A stretch of 27,901 nt of DNA from Gammaproteobacteria bacterium (GCA_041497595.1 JBGQGT010000001.1:1-27901), one strand, 5' to 3'; positions 1 through 12,970 are shown, counted from the stretch's first letter. Numbers and translations: made by a program. The notes: a model not told the origin generated them from the sequence alone.

Positions 1-1136
1 AGCGCCGGCGGAATGATCGGCGTGGTGGACAACGCAACCGCCTGTTCGACCACGTTGTACAGTTCACGTACGTTGCCGGGCCACGACGATTTCACCAGGA
101 TTTCCATCGCTTCGGAGGCAAATCCGTTGAGCGGTTTCTTGTATTTGTCGGCAAGCTGCGCGAGGAAGTACGCGGCGAGCACCGGAATGTCTTCGCGCCG
201 CTCGGCGAGCGAGGGCAGCGCGAACGATACGACGTTGAGTCGGTAATACAGGTCTTCGCGGAACGCTCCGATCTTGATCGCGTCCTCGAGGTTGCGATGC
301 GTTGCCGAGATGATGCGCACGTCCACGGGGATGGTCTGGGTCGAGCCGATTGCCCGGACCTCTTTTTCCTGCAGCACGCGCAGCAGCTTTACCTGCAGCG
401 GCAGCGGCATGTCGCCGATCTCATCGAGGAAAACCGTGCCTCCTTCGGCTGACTGGAACAGCCCCTTGTAATCTCGGGCGGCGCCGGTGAACGAGCCTTT
501 CATATGGCCGAACAACTCGGACTCCAGCAGTTGTTCGGGTATGGCGCCGCAGTTGACGGCAACAAATGGCTTCTCGGCGCGCGGGCTCGCCCGGTGCACC
601 GCCCGTGCCAGCAGCTCCTTGCCGGTGCCGCTGTCGCCGCGGATCAGCACGCTGGCATCGCTGGCCGCCACCAACTTGGCCTTGCCGAGAATGCTTTCCA
701 TCGCCGGGCTGCGGGTTATGATCTCGACGCGCCAGTCGGTGTTACCGGCCGCCTTTTCAGCGTGGCTGCCGCTCAGGGTGATGGCCCTTTCGACCTGCAG
801 CAGCAGTTCCTTGCTGTCGAAAGGCTTGGTGAGATACCCGAACACACCGCGCTGAGTCGCCGCAACCGCATCCGGTATCGTGCCGTGCGCGGTGAGGATA
901 ATGACCGGCAACGCCGGGTTGCTCTTGTGGATGTTCTCGAACAGCGCCATGCCGTCCATTCCGCTCATGCGCAGATCGGTAATCACCAGTTGCGGGGTGG
1001 ACGCGGATAGGCGCGCCAACGCGCGCTCCGCGCTGTCCGCGCTCTCCACGGCATAGCCCGCGCCTTCCAGACGGAACGTCAGAAGCCGCAGCAGATCGGG
1101 ATCGTCGTCGACGATGAGTATTCGTGCCTTTGACAT
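1..1136 (-). CDS. glrR: Sigma-54-dependent response regulator, GlrR/QseF (YfhA)-like; 3' end truncated by the window edge
   Basis: Hand translation from ATG 1136: MSKARILIVDDDPDLLRLL... receiver domain (VITDLRM, YLTKPF), then AAA+ Walker A GDSGTGKE, ESELFGHMKGSFTGA (GAFTGA-type loop), FLDEIGD, FREDLYYRLNV, WPGNVREL. Lies downstream of a kinase and a lipoprotein, as in glrK-qseG-glrR. Confidence 0.9.
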   Translation of the reverse strand, partial: MSKARILIVDDDPDLLRLLTFRLEGAGYAVESADSAERALARLSASTPQLVITDLRMSGMDGMALFENIHKSNPALPVIILTAHGTIPDAVAATQRGVFGYLTKPFDSKELLLQVERAITLSGSHAEKAAGNTDWRVEIITRSPAMESILGKAKLVAASDASVLIRGDSGTGKELLARAVHRASPRAEKPFVAVNCGAIPEQLLESELFGHMKGSFTGAARDYKGLFQSAEGGTVFLDEIGDMPLPLQVKLLRVLQEKEVRAIGSTQTIPVDVRIISATHRNLEDAIKIGAFREDLYYRLNVVSFALPSLAERREDIPVLAAYFLAQLADKYKKPLNGFASEAMEILVKSSWPGNVRELYNVVEQAVALSTTPIIPPA

Positions 1137-1138
1137 GA

Positions 1139-1696
1139 TTACCTTCTCTTCGGCGGCGGCGCCGTCTGCTCGCGCTCGATCATCTTCATTTCCATATCCA
1201 GAATGGCCTCCAGTTTCTGCTGCAGGGCGTCGGCGCGGCGCTGTTCTTCCTTGGTTTTTGCCGTCTGCTGCTGAAGTGCCTCATCCAGTCGTTTGAGTTC
1301 GGAAAGCTGTGTATGGAGCACCAGGGCCAGCGGACGCAGTACGGAATTCTCATAGCGCTTGTCATTCAAAAAAGGCTGAACCAGATTCAATGCTGCCTGG
1401 TCATCGCGAAACCCGGTGCCCGGCAGGGACAGCAGCATGGCGAGCCGTACCCGGTTGAACTCGGATTTGTCCTTCTCGAATTCCTGACGGGTCGAATCGA
1501 GTTCGCGTGCAAGTTCTGCTCCCTTGAGCTTGAGCGCATTTTCGTGGAAGCGCAGCGCGCGGGCGTCATCGTCTTGCATGGGCTCGACTACCGCCTGGTA
1601 CCACGGGTCGCGACGCGTGTTTGGTTCGGCGGCTGCCATGCAGCCGCCGAGAAGGGTGGCCAGCACAACGATCGACGCAATATACAGCCTGATCAT
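1139..1696 (-). CDS. Predicted lipoprotein with C-terminal coiled coil, in the QseG/YfhG position
   Basis: Signal peptide with lipobox LLGG-C; RVRLAMLLSLP segment; heptad-like QLSELKRLDEALQQQ...LQQKLEAILDME tail; start overlaps the kinase stop and sits between kinase and regulator. Confidence 0.75.
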   Translation of the reverse strand: MIRLYIASIVVLATLLGGCMAAAEPNTRRDPWYQAVVEPMQDDDARALRFHENALKLKGAELARELDSTRQEFEKDKSEFNRVRLAMLLSLPGTGFRDDQAALNLVQPFLNDKRYENSVLRPLALVLHTQLSELKRLDEALQQQTAKTKEEQRRADALQQKLEAILDMEMKMIEREQTAPPPKRR

Positions 1697-3138
1697 GCGG
1701 CCGCCTCCATCTGCCGAGTCGGCAGGACCACTCGCAGGTGTGCGCCGGGATTGCCGTCGTCGATGATTTCTACGCTGCCCTGGTGCGCCGTCGCATATTC
1801 GCGGACGATCGCCAGCCCGAGCCCCGTACCTTTCACCGGACCGGTGTAGGCAGTGTTGCCTTGGTAAAAAGGTTCGAAGACGCGCCCGCGTTCTTCGGGA
1901 GAAATGCCGGGACCCTCGTCCATGACGTCAATCACCGCATCGGCGCCACGCCGGCGCAGCTGCGCGCGGATGGTTCCGCCTGCGGGCGAGAACTTGATGG
2001 CATTGGACAGCAGGTTGTCTATGATCGCTTCTATCTTGTTCTCGTCGGCTTCAATCTGGAGGTCTGAGGCGGACAGGTTCAGGCTCAAATTCTTGCTGCG
2101 CATCGTCAACGAATGCTGTTGCGCGACGCGCGTCACCATGGCTTTCAGATCGAATTGCGAGAACGTCAGTGCCGAAGTATGAAACTGTGCGCTGTGATAG
2201 TCTAACAAGTCCTCGATCAGCTTCTGCAGCCGCAACGTGTTTTGCCTTAGGATGCGGGTGATTTCGAACTGTCCCGCGGTCATTTTCCCGGTCACCTCAT
2301 CGGACAGCAGTTCCACGCCTTCCCGCAGCGCCGTCAGGGGTGTCTTAAGTTCGTGCGACACATGGCGCAGAAAACGCGATTTCTGTTCTTCCAGATCGAG
2401 CAGACGCAGGCGCAGCCAGTCGAGCTGGCGTCCCAGGGATTCCAGGTCGGCCGGGCCGTTGACGGTGACGCGTGCATCGAATCTACCCTCACCCAGGTTC
2501 TGGATCGCCGATTCGAGCTGGGCGATCGGCTTGGAAATCAGCAGGGTCGCGGCAACGACCAGCAGCAGTGCGATCGGCACCAATGCCAGCAGCTGCCAGT
2601 AAATGAAGCGCTGCACTTCGCCGGCCATTTTCTGCATGGTGTCGACCTCGCGGTCCACCAGCAGGTTGCCTTGCTCGTCGAGCGCGCGCGCCGCTTCTGA
2701 CAGGGCGGCAAGCTCCGCTACCGCCGACCCGATTACGTCCGCCTTTGCTCCCGACTGGCCAATGCGATCGAACAGCGCAGCCTCGTGGGCGCGCAGCGCC
2801 TCGAGCGCCTGTTTCTGCCGTGCATCCAGCGGCAGCGTCGCCATCCTGCGGGCGGTATCCACGAAGCGCTCGTGGGCGAGTCCGTAACCCTGCAGCAGCG
2901 ACGGCTCGCCGATGATTGCGAACTGCCGGACGCTGCGCTCCATGTTGGTGATCTGCTCGATCAGGAACCGGCTGTTCTGAGTGGCCTGTACCGCCTGGTA
3001 AACCACGCGCTGGCTGTGCGTGGCGAGCTGGTGAACCGAGAAGGCGTTGTTGATGAGCGCGAAAATGAGCGGCAGGACGGCGAGAGAAAAGCCGGCCAGA
3101 ATCAATTTCAGAAACGAGCGCGGGTAGTAAAGCTGCAT
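1693..3138 (-). CDS. glrK: Sensor histidine kinase, GlrK/QseE-like
   Basis: Two TM helices around a periplasmic domain, HAMP, H-box FLRHVSHELKTPL, N-box NLLSNAIKFSP, DEGPGI, GTGLGLAIV; N-terminus MQLYYPRSFLKLILAGF. Confidence 0.88.
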   Translation of the reverse strand: MQLYYPRSFLKLILAGFSLAVLPLIFALINNAFSVHQLATHSQRVVYQAVQATQNSRFLIEQITNMERSVRQFAIIGEPSLLQGYGLAHERFVDTARRMATLPLDARQKQALEALRAHEAALFDRIGQSGAKADVIGSAVAELAALSEAARALDEQGNLLVDREVDTMQKMAGEVQRFIYWQLLALVPIALLLVVAATLLISKPIAQLESAIQNLGEGRFDARVTVNGPADLESLGRQLDWLRLRLLDLEEQKSRFLRHVSHELKTPLTALREGVELLSDEVTGKMTAGQFEITRILRQNTLRLQKLIEDLLDYHSAQFHTSALTFSQFDLKAMVTRVAQQHSLTMRSKNLSLNLSASDLQIEADENKIEAIIDNLLSNAIKFSPAGGTIRAQLRRRGADAVIDVMDEGPGISPEERGRVFEPFYQGNTAYTGPVKGTGLGLAIVREYATAHQGSVEIIDDGNPGAHLRVVLPTRQMEAAA

Positions 3139-3328
3139 ACGGTCTCATTTCCTCTTGGTCGCCGTATCGGTTTGGACCGCTTGCCCGACCTGGCCTTCCC
3201 CTGCCCCACGCGGGCCTCGGGTCACCGGAGCGCGTCAATCGCTGCGCCCGGACAACTTCCACTATCGCATGGAACTTGTCTCCGCGCCACGTGGCCCCTT
3301 GATTTTATGGTGAAGTTCGTCGCTGCGG

Positions 3329-4117
3329 CTACGGCGCGAGTCGGGCTTCAGCGCGTCCAAACAGGCCAAATTCGGCGACCACATGATCGCCAGGCGTGAT
3401 CTCCACCGGCACCACGCAAGTGCCCGTCGTTACCACATGTCCGGCGCGCAGCGTTTCGCCGACAACCGAAAGTTCATTGACGATCCAGGTGAGGGCCAGG
3501 CGTGGATCGCCAAGCACGTTGCCGCCTTTTCCCTCGCTTACGAGCTTGCCGTTTACCCACGCCGACACGGGGTGTTCGGCCAGGTCGTGGCGACGCCAGT
3601 CGGCACCAGTCGCCGGCCCCACTACGAAGTAGCTGGCGCAGGCATTGTCCGCGATGAGTTGCGCGGCCCCGACTTTCGCGAATTCCCGATAACGGGAATC
3701 CGGAATTTCGATGGCCGGATGCAGGGATGCCACCGCATCCAGTACTTCCTGCATCGAGTATGTTGACGCGCGCGGTGGCAGATCTTGCGCCATGCGAAAC
3801 GCGAATTCGGCCTCCGCGACCTTCATCAGGTTGTTGACCATCGGTACGCTGGCGCCCGACTGGAACACGCGGTTCTCGAGTAGCCGGCCGGCCAGCGGTC
3901 CGTCCACGCCTATGTGTTTCTGGCCGGCCTGACTGGTCGCGGCAATCTTCCATCCGAACAACGCCTGACCGGACAGACGGGCCACTTCCGACTGCACTTT
4001 GTAACCTTCCTGCCGGCTCGTGGGCCGGCAATCGGCGGGAAGGCCATCGACGCGATCATTGGCCCGCCATGTGTTCCAGATGATTCTGGCGGCCTGCTCG
4101 GCGGCCCAGTTGTCCAT
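3329..4117 (-). CDS. Fumarylacetoacetate-hydrolase-superfamily hydratase (2-keto-4-pentenoate hydratase/MhpD-like)
   Basis: Motifs GWKIAATS, AEAEFAF, AIEIPDSR, IADNA, NVLGDP, VTTGT. ATG 4117 chosen for its GAGGA SD. Confidence 0.8.
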   Translation of the reverse strand: MDNWAAEQAARIIWNTWRANDRVDGLPADCRPTSRQEGYKVQSEVARLSGQALFGWKIAATSQAGQKHIGVDGPLAGRLLENRVFQSGASVPMVNNLMKVAEAEFAFRMAQDLPPRASTYSMQEVLDAVASLHPAIEIPDSRYREFAKVGAAQLIADNACASYFVVGPATGADWRRHDLAEHPVSAWVNGKLVSEGKGGNVLGDPRLALTWIVNELSVVGETLRAGHVVTTGTCVVPVEITPGDHVVAEFGLFGRAEARLAP

Positions 4118-4155
4118 GCTTTTGTTCCTCTCGAATGAAACCGGCGTCCTGCCGC

Positions 4156-5136
4156 TCACCGGCCGGCGACAGGTTGCTTGACGACGTTGATCAGAGGTTC
4201 GCCGCGGGCCAGCCGATCCAGATTTCCGGCGATCATCTTACAGCGGCGTGGCCGCAATCCCTCCGTCCATCCTGATGCATGCGGTGTCATGATGACATTC
4301 CCCAGTTCGCGGAAGGGCAGATTCGAAGGCTCGGCGACAGTATCCCCGTGAGCGGGGTATTTGAACCAGGTGTCGATCACCGCACCGCCGATGCGCTTGT
4401 CCCTGCAGGCTTCGAACAGTGCCCGTTCGTCGATCAGAGCGCCGCGTGCCACGTTGATGATCACGGCGCCCGGTTTCATCTTTGCCAGTTGCTGCGTGCC
4501 AATCACCCCGGCGGTCGACGGTTCCAACGGCAATGCCAGAACGACGAAGTCAGATTCCTGCAGGAGTGCGGGCAGTCGATCCATCCCATCCACGCGCTCC
4601 ACGAACTCGTCGGCGCTCCGGGGAGTGCGGCTGCAGGCGAGCACCTTCATGCCGAAGGCGCGTGCGCGGCGCGCAACTTCGCGACCGATACGGCCATATC
4701 CAATGATGCCGACGGTCTTGCCATACAGTTCATCGTGGCGCGGTCCCGAGAGGTGCGAGCCGTACCATTGGCCACGGCGCAGGGCCGCATCCATCCGCGG
4801 GATCCCTATTACCCACTGGAGCATCGCCGAGAGAATGTATTCGGCTATGCCGATTTCGTGCTCGTAGACGTTGCATACTGCCGCCTGTGCCGGCACCGAT
4901 TCGAAGGCGATATCGTCGGTGCCGGCCCCGGGAAGCTGAAGCAGCCCCAGTCTGGGCGCCGGCGGCATGTCCATCGGCCAGTTCATCGAGACCATCGCGT
5001 CGGCATCCAGAATCTTGCGCGCCAATTCCACGCGGTTGCTGCTGTCCGCGACTTCGATGGTCCAGGAAGTGGTCAGAAAGTCGGGAATGAGGGCAAGGCG
5101 GCCGTCGTTATCTGTCTTCTTGATGAGTAGTTTCAT
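4156..5136 (-). CDS. D-isomer-specific 2-hydroxyacid dehydrogenase
   Basis: Rossmann GIIGYGRIG, LINVARG-type Arg (IINVARG), catalytic His in TPHASG, GAGTD substrate loop; start MKLLIKK at 5136. Confidence 0.88.
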   Translation of the reverse strand: MKLLIKKTDNDGRLALIPDFLTTSWTIEVADSSNRVELARKILDADAMVSMNWPMDMPPAPRLGLLQLPGAGTDDIAFESVPAQAAVCNVYEHEIGIAEYILSAMLQWVIGIPRMDAALRRGQWYGSHLSGPRHDELYGKTVGIIGYGRIGREVARRARAFGMKVLACSRTPRSADEFVERVDGMDRLPALLQESDFVVLALPLEPSTAGVIGTQQLAKMKPGAVIINVARGALIDERALFEACRDKRIGGAVIDTWFKYPAHGDTVAEPSNLPFRELGNVIMTPHASGWTEGLRPRRCKMIAGNLDRLARGEPLINVVKQPVAGR

Positions 5137-5212
5137 TTTTCTTGCGTCGGAGCCGATCTGATCCGGAACAGAGGCCGCGAATCGCGAGGAAGGGCTGACG
5201 TTGGAAAGGTCC

Positions 5213-5299
5213 TGGTGCCGGGAGGGGGAATCGAACCCCCATGGTGTTGCCACCGCGGGATTTTGAGTCCCGTGCGTCTACCAATTCCGCCATCCCGGC
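5213..5299 (-). tRNA. tRNA-Leu(CAA), 87 nt, long variable arm, encoded CCA
   Basis: Minus strand GCCGGGATGGCGGAATTGGTAGACGCACGGGACTCAAAATCCCGCGGTGGCAACACCATGGGGGTTCGATTCCCCCTCCCGGCACCA; anticodon loop CT-CAA-AA; T-loop GTTCGA. Confidence 0.97.
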
Positions 5300-5325
5300 A
5301 TTTATTAGTGATTCTCCGTGCAAGT

Positions 5326-5345
5326 ACTAATTCCGCCATCCGGCA
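5326..5345 (-). repeat. Degenerate direct repeat of the tRNA-Leu 5' end, in the tRNA leader
   Basis: Plus strand actaattccgccatccggca (5326-5345) versus accaattccgccatcccggca (5280-5300): one substitution and one 1-nt deletion. Confidence 0.85.
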
Positions 5346-5355
5346 CGGGAGCGCA

Positions 5356-5361
5356 ATTATC
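5356..5361 (-). promoter_or_regulatory. Putative -10 box (GATAAT) of the tRNA-Leu promoter, followed by a GC-rich discriminator
   Basis: Minus strand GATAAT-tgcgctcc; position and GC-rich discriminator fit a stable-RNA promoter; no clear -35. Confidence 0.45.
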
Positions 5362-5409
5362 CTGGAATTCGGCGTCACGGGGCAACCGGGGGCGTGGTCT
5401 GCGGCCGCA

Positions 5410-5415
5410 TATAAT
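5410..5415 (+). promoter_or_regulatory. Perfect TATAAT -10 box 7 nt upstream of the queA ATG
   Basis: TATAAT-gcgcgcg-ATG(5423). Confidence 0.6.
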
Positions 5416-5422
5416 GCGCGCG

Positions 5423-7566
<2,144 letters not shown>

Positions 7567-7689
7567 GCGCCACTTTTCAGGCTCGGCGCCGGCGTTTGGC
7601 GGCGCGCAACAAGCCACATGAACCGATACCGGACGACAGAAAAAATGTCCGCCGACAAATCGGTCTAAACCTGGACCGGAGGAAATTTC

Positions 7690-8022
7690 GTGTTAATCAG
7701 TAATGCATTTGCGCAGACCGTGCCGGGAACGGGAGGCATGGACTTGTTCGGGCTCCTGCCCCTAGTCCTGATGTTCGTGCTGCTGTACTTCCTGCTGATC
7801 CGCCCGCAGGCAAAGCGAACCAAGGAGCATCGCACCATGCTTGCCGGATTGCAGAAGGGGGACGAAGTGGTCACCGCAGGCGGCGCGCTCGGGAAAATTA
7901 CCAGGGTCGGCGATAACTTCGTGTCGGTGGAAATCGCCCCGAACGTCGAAATCCAGGTTCAGAAGTCCTCGATCACCACCCTGCTGCCCAAGGGAACCAT
8001 CAAGACCGCCGGTCAGGGCTGA
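7690..8022 (+). CDS. yajC: Preprotein translocase subunit YajC
   Basis: GGAGG SD plus GTG; YFLLIRPQAKR, LQKGDEVVTAGG; position between tgt and secD. Confidence 0.95.
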   Translation: MLISNAFAQTVPGTGGMDLFGLLPLVLMFVLLYFLLIRPQAKRTKEHRTMLAGLQKGDEVVTAGGALGKITRVGDNFVSVEIAPNVEIQVQKSSITTLLPKGTIKTAGQG

Positions 8023-8077
8023 GGAGCAACATCCCGCGAATCCTCATGCCTGACGTTGCGCGCCTCACGGACCCTAA

Positions 8078-9940
8078 ATGAATCGCTTCCCGCTCTGGAA
8101 ATACATCATCATCGCCGTCGCCCTGGTCGTCGGCTTTCTCTACACGCTGCCCAACTTCTTCGGGGAAGTGCCGGCGGTGCAGATCTCACCCGGCAAGTCC
8201 ACCGCAAGAGTCGACGAGCCGCTGCGCGCACGCGTGGAACAGGCGCTGGGACAGGCCAACATTGTTCCCGACGGCGTTTTCCTCGAAGCAAACAGCATCA
8301 AGGTGCGTCTGGGCAACACCGACACTCAACTCAAGGCCAAGGACGTTGTGCAGAACGCGCTGGGCGAAAATTACGTCGTAGCGCTCAACCTGCTGTCGAG
8401 TTCGCCGCATTGGCTCACCCGCATAAATGCGCTGCCCATGTACCTGGGTCTCGATCTGCGCGGCGGCGTGCACTTCCTTCTGCAGGTCGACATGGCCGGC
8501 GCGCTGACCAAGGCCGCAGACCGTTACGCGGCGGATATCCGTACCACCCTGCGCGCCAAGGAGATTCGTTACAGCGGCATCTCGCGGGAAGGCCAGGCGG
8601 TGCAGGTCAGGTTCCGCGATGCCGAAGCGCGCGACAAGGCTGCCGCAGAGATCCAGCGCCAGAATCCGGATCTGCTGCTCAAGCCTGACGACTCCGCCAG
8701 CGAGTTTCTGGTCACGGCTTCCCTGAAGCCCGAAGTGCGGAAACGAATCCAGGACTTCGCGCTGCAGCAGAACATCACGACCCTGCGCAATCGCGTCAAC
8801 GAACTCGGCGTGGCGGAGCCGATCGTGCAGCAGGCGGGCCTGGATCGGGTGGTAGTACAACTGCCGGGTGTGCAGGATACCGCCAAGGCCAAGGACATTC
8901 TCGGCCGTACCGCGACCCTGGAAGTGCGGATGGTGGACGAGGAGCATAGCGACAGCGCGTCGTTGCAGGCGGCGGTCGGCGGGCAGGTGCCGTTCGGAGC
9001 CGAACTGCTTTACGACCGCGAAGGGGTGCCGTATCTGCTCAAGCGCGAAGTGATTCTCACCGGAGATCGCATTTCGGACGCACAGCCCGGATTCGACAAC
9101 CAGACCAACGAGCCGGCGGTGCACATCAATCTGGACGGCCGCGGCGCAACGATTTTCCAGCAGATCACGCGCGAGAGCATCGGCAAGCGCATGGCGATGG
9201 TGCTGGTGGAAAAGGGCAAGGGAGAAGTGGTGACGGCACCGGTGATCCGTTCGGAGATTCCGGGCGGACGCGTTCAGATCAGCGGCCGGATGACCACGAC
9301 GGAGGCGCGCGACGTGGCGCTGTTGCTGCGTGCCGGCGCGCTGGCAGCGCCGATGGAAATCGTCGAGGAACGCACGGTCGGCCCGAGCCTGGGCGCCGAT
9401 AATATCAAGCGCGGCTTCGATTCGACGCTGATCGGCTTTAGCGCGATCGCCATCTTCATGATCGCGTATTACAACTTATTCGGCGTGATCTCGGTACTCG
9501 CGCTGGCATCCAACCTGATGCTGCTGGTGGCGCTGTTGTCCATGCTGCAGGCCACGCTGACGCTGCCGGGCATCGCGGCGATCGCGTTGACGCTGGGCAT
9601 GGCCATCGACTCCAACGTTCTGATCAATGAGCGGATCAGGGAGGAACTTCGCAACGGCACCACACCGCAGGCGGCGATATCAGCCGGCTACGAGCGCGCC
9701 TGGGCGACGATTCTCGATTCGAACATCACCACGCTGATTGCCGGCATTGCGTTGTTCATGTTCGGCAGCGGACCGGTGCGCGGCTTCGCCGTGGTGCACT
9801 GTCTTGGCATCATGACTTCCATGTTCAGCGCCGTGGTGATTTCCCGCGGCATCGTCAACCTGGCGTTCGGTGCCCGCCGCAAGCTGGAAAAACTGCCGAT
9901 CGGCAACACCGATTGGCACAGGCGCCAGCCGGCGGCCTGA
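8078..9940 (+). CDS. secD: Protein translocase subunit SecD
   Basis: LGLDLRGG, LRNRVNELGVAEP, VGPSLG, GMAIDSNVLINERIREE, GPVRGFA. Confidence 0.97.
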   Translation: MNRFPLWKYIIIAVALVVGFLYTLPNFFGEVPAVQISPGKSTARVDEPLRARVEQALGQANIVPDGVFLEANSIKVRLGNTDTQLKAKDVVQNALGENYVVALNLLSSSPHWLTRINALPMYLGLDLRGGVHFLLQVDMAGALTKAADRYAADIRTTLRAKEIRYSGISREGQAVQVRFRDAEARDKAAAEIQRQNPDLLLKPDDSASEFLVTASLKPEVRKRIQDFALQQNITTLRNRVNELGVAEPIVQQAGLDRVVVQLPGVQDTAKAKDILGRTATLEVRMVDEEHSDSASLQAAVGGQVPFGAELLYDREGVPYLLKREVILTGDRISDAQPGFDNQTNEPAVHINLDGRGATIFQQITRESIGKRMAMVLVEKGKGEVVTAPVIRSEIPGGRVQISGRMTTTEARDVALLLRAGALAAPMEIVEERTVGPSLGADNIKRGFDSTLIGFSAIAIFMIAYYNLFGVISVLALASNLMLLVALLSMLQATLTLPGIAAIALTLGMAIDSNVLINERIREELRNGTTPQAAISAGYERAWATILDSNITTLIAGIALFMFGSGPVRGFAVVHCLGIMTSMFSAVVISRGIVNLAFGARRKLEKLPIGNTDWHRRQPAA

Positions 9941-9978
9941 GAATCATCCCCCCAGGGCTTTCCGCAAAGGTCGAGTAG

Positions 9979-10908
9979 ATGGAATTTTTCCGCATCCGCA
10001 AAGACATCCCGTTCATGCGCCATGCGTTGGTGTTCAACGTGATTTCGTTGATCACTTTCATCCTGGCGGTGTTTTTTCTGGTAACCAAAGGCCTGCATCT
10101 CTGGGTCGAGTTTACCGGCGGTACGGTGATGGAGGTGAACTACGGTCACGCGGCCGACGTCTCGAAGATTCGCGAGACCTTGAACCGCATAAACCTGAGC
10201 GACGCCACGGTGCAGAGTTTCGGCAGTTCCCAGACCGCGTTGATCCGGCTGCCGACCAAGCAGGGCGTAACCGGCGCACAGCTGTCCGAGCGTGTCATCA
10301 AGTCGCTGCGCGAGGGCGATCCGACAGTGGAGCTGCGGCGGGTGGATTTCGTCGGTTCACAGGTCGGCAAGGAGCTGGTGGAGAACGGTGCGCTGGCGTT
10401 GTTGCTCGTGTCCATCGGCATCGTCTGTTATTTGTGGCTGCGCTTCGAATGGAAATTCGGCGTCTCCGCGATCATCGCGAACCTGCACGACGTGGTGATC
10501 ATTCTGGGGTTCTTTGCGTTCTTCCAATGGGAATTTTCATTGCCGGTGCTGGCCGCGGTGCTCGCCGTCCTGGGCTATTCGGTCAACGAGTCGGTGGTGG
10601 TTTTTGACCGCATCCGCGAGAACTTCCGCAAGATGCGCAAGGCGGACACACCGGAAATCATCAACAACGCGATTACGCGTACCATGTCGCGCACCATCAT
10701 TACCCACGGTTGTACCCAGCTGATGGTGACCTCGATGCTGGTCTTCGGCGGCGAAACGCTGCACTACTTTGCTCTGGCGCTGACCATCGGCATCCTGTTC
10801 GGCATCTACTCGTCGGTGCTGGTGGCGAGCCCGCTGGTGATGTGGCTGGGCGTGACGCGCGAAGATTTCATCAAACCCGAGAAGAAGAAAGAGGAAGCCG
10901 TCGTTTAG
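9979..10908 (+). CDS. secF: Protein translocase subunit SecF
   Basis: EFTGG, NLHDV, GYSVNESVVVFDRIRENF, TMSRTIIT; follows secD. Confidence 0.97.
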   Translation: MEFFRIRKDIPFMRHALVFNVISLITFILAVFFLVTKGLHLWVEFTGGTVMEVNYGHAADVSKIRETLNRINLSDATVQSFGSSQTALIRLPTKQGVTGAQLSERVIKSLREGDPTVELRRVDFVGSQVGKELVENGALALLLVSIGIVCYLWLRFEWKFGVSAIIANLHDVVIILGFFAFFQWEFSLPVLAAVLAVLGYSVNESVVVFDRIRENFRKMRKADTPEIINNAITRTMSRTIITHGCTQLMVTSMLVFGGETLHYFALALTIGILFGIYSSVLVASPLVMWLGVTREDFIKPEKKKEEAVV

Positions 10909-10923
10909 ACCGACGGATCCGCG

Positions 10924-11562
10924 ATGGATTTGATCGCAGGCTTCCTCGATCTGGTTGTTCACCTCGACCAGCATTTACGCGCGCTGGCGCAGAATTACGG
11001 CAGCTGGATCTATGCCGTACTGTTTCTGATCGTTTTCCTCGAAACCGGGCTGGTTGTCACGCCCTTCCTGCCGGGAGATTCGCTGCTGTTCGTTGCCGGG
11101 ACCATCGCGGCGGCCGGCGAACTCCACGTGCATGGGCTGGTGTTGCTGCTGATACTGGCGGCGATCATGGGCGATTCGGTCAACTATGCCGTGGGCCGTT
11201 ATCTCGGGCCACGGTTGTTCCGCTTCGAGGATTCGCGCTTCTTCAAACGCGCCTATCTGGAGCGCACCCACGCTTTTTTCGAAAGGCACGGTGGCAAGAC
11301 CATCCTCATCGCCCGCTTCCTGCCGATCATCCGTACCTACGCGCCCTTGGTGGCGGGGATCGGCGCAATGAGTTATCGGCACTTCCTCCTCTTCAACGTG
11401 ACCGGGGCGATACTGTGGGTGGCGTCGCTGACCTACGCCGGCTACTTCTTCGGCAATCTGCCGTTGGTGAAGGACAATCTCACCCTCGTCATTGTCGGCA
11501 TCATCGTGGTTTCGATCATGCCGGGGATCATCGAGTTCTGGCGCGCGCGGCGCGCGTCGTAA
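10924..11562 (+). CDS. dedA: DedA family membrane protein
   Basis: [42 protein letters not shown]. Confidence 0.93.
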   Translation: MDLIAGFLDLVVHLDQHLRALAQNYGSWIYAVLFLIVFLETGLVVTPFLPGDSLLFVAGTIAAAGELHVHGLVLLLILAAIMGDSVNYAVGRYLGPRLFRFEDSRFFKRAYLERTHAFFERHGGKTILIARFLPIIRTYAPLVAGIGAMSYRHFLLFNVTGAILWVASLTYAGYFFGNLPLVKDNLTLVIVGIIVVSIMPGIIEFWRARRAS

Positions 11563-11572
11563 GCGCGGATTC

Positions 11573-12958
<1,386 letters not shown>

Positions 12959-12970
12959 TCAGTATGAATA

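Noticed and set aside
3329-5213. Genomic island integrated at the tRNA-Leu 3' end
   Set aside because: No integrase, no repeat of the tRNA 3' end and no evident compositional shift.
4156-5253. 365-aa version of the dehydrogenase and 379-aa version of queA (5318 start) from the ORF track
   Set aside because: The extensions run through the tRNA gene or its promoter; better starts are 5136 and 5423.
10090-10125. SecF LWVEFTGG and NES (instead of ND) variants
   Set aside because: The frame is intact and the key Asp and Arg motifs are present; single substitutions cannot be judged without an alignment.
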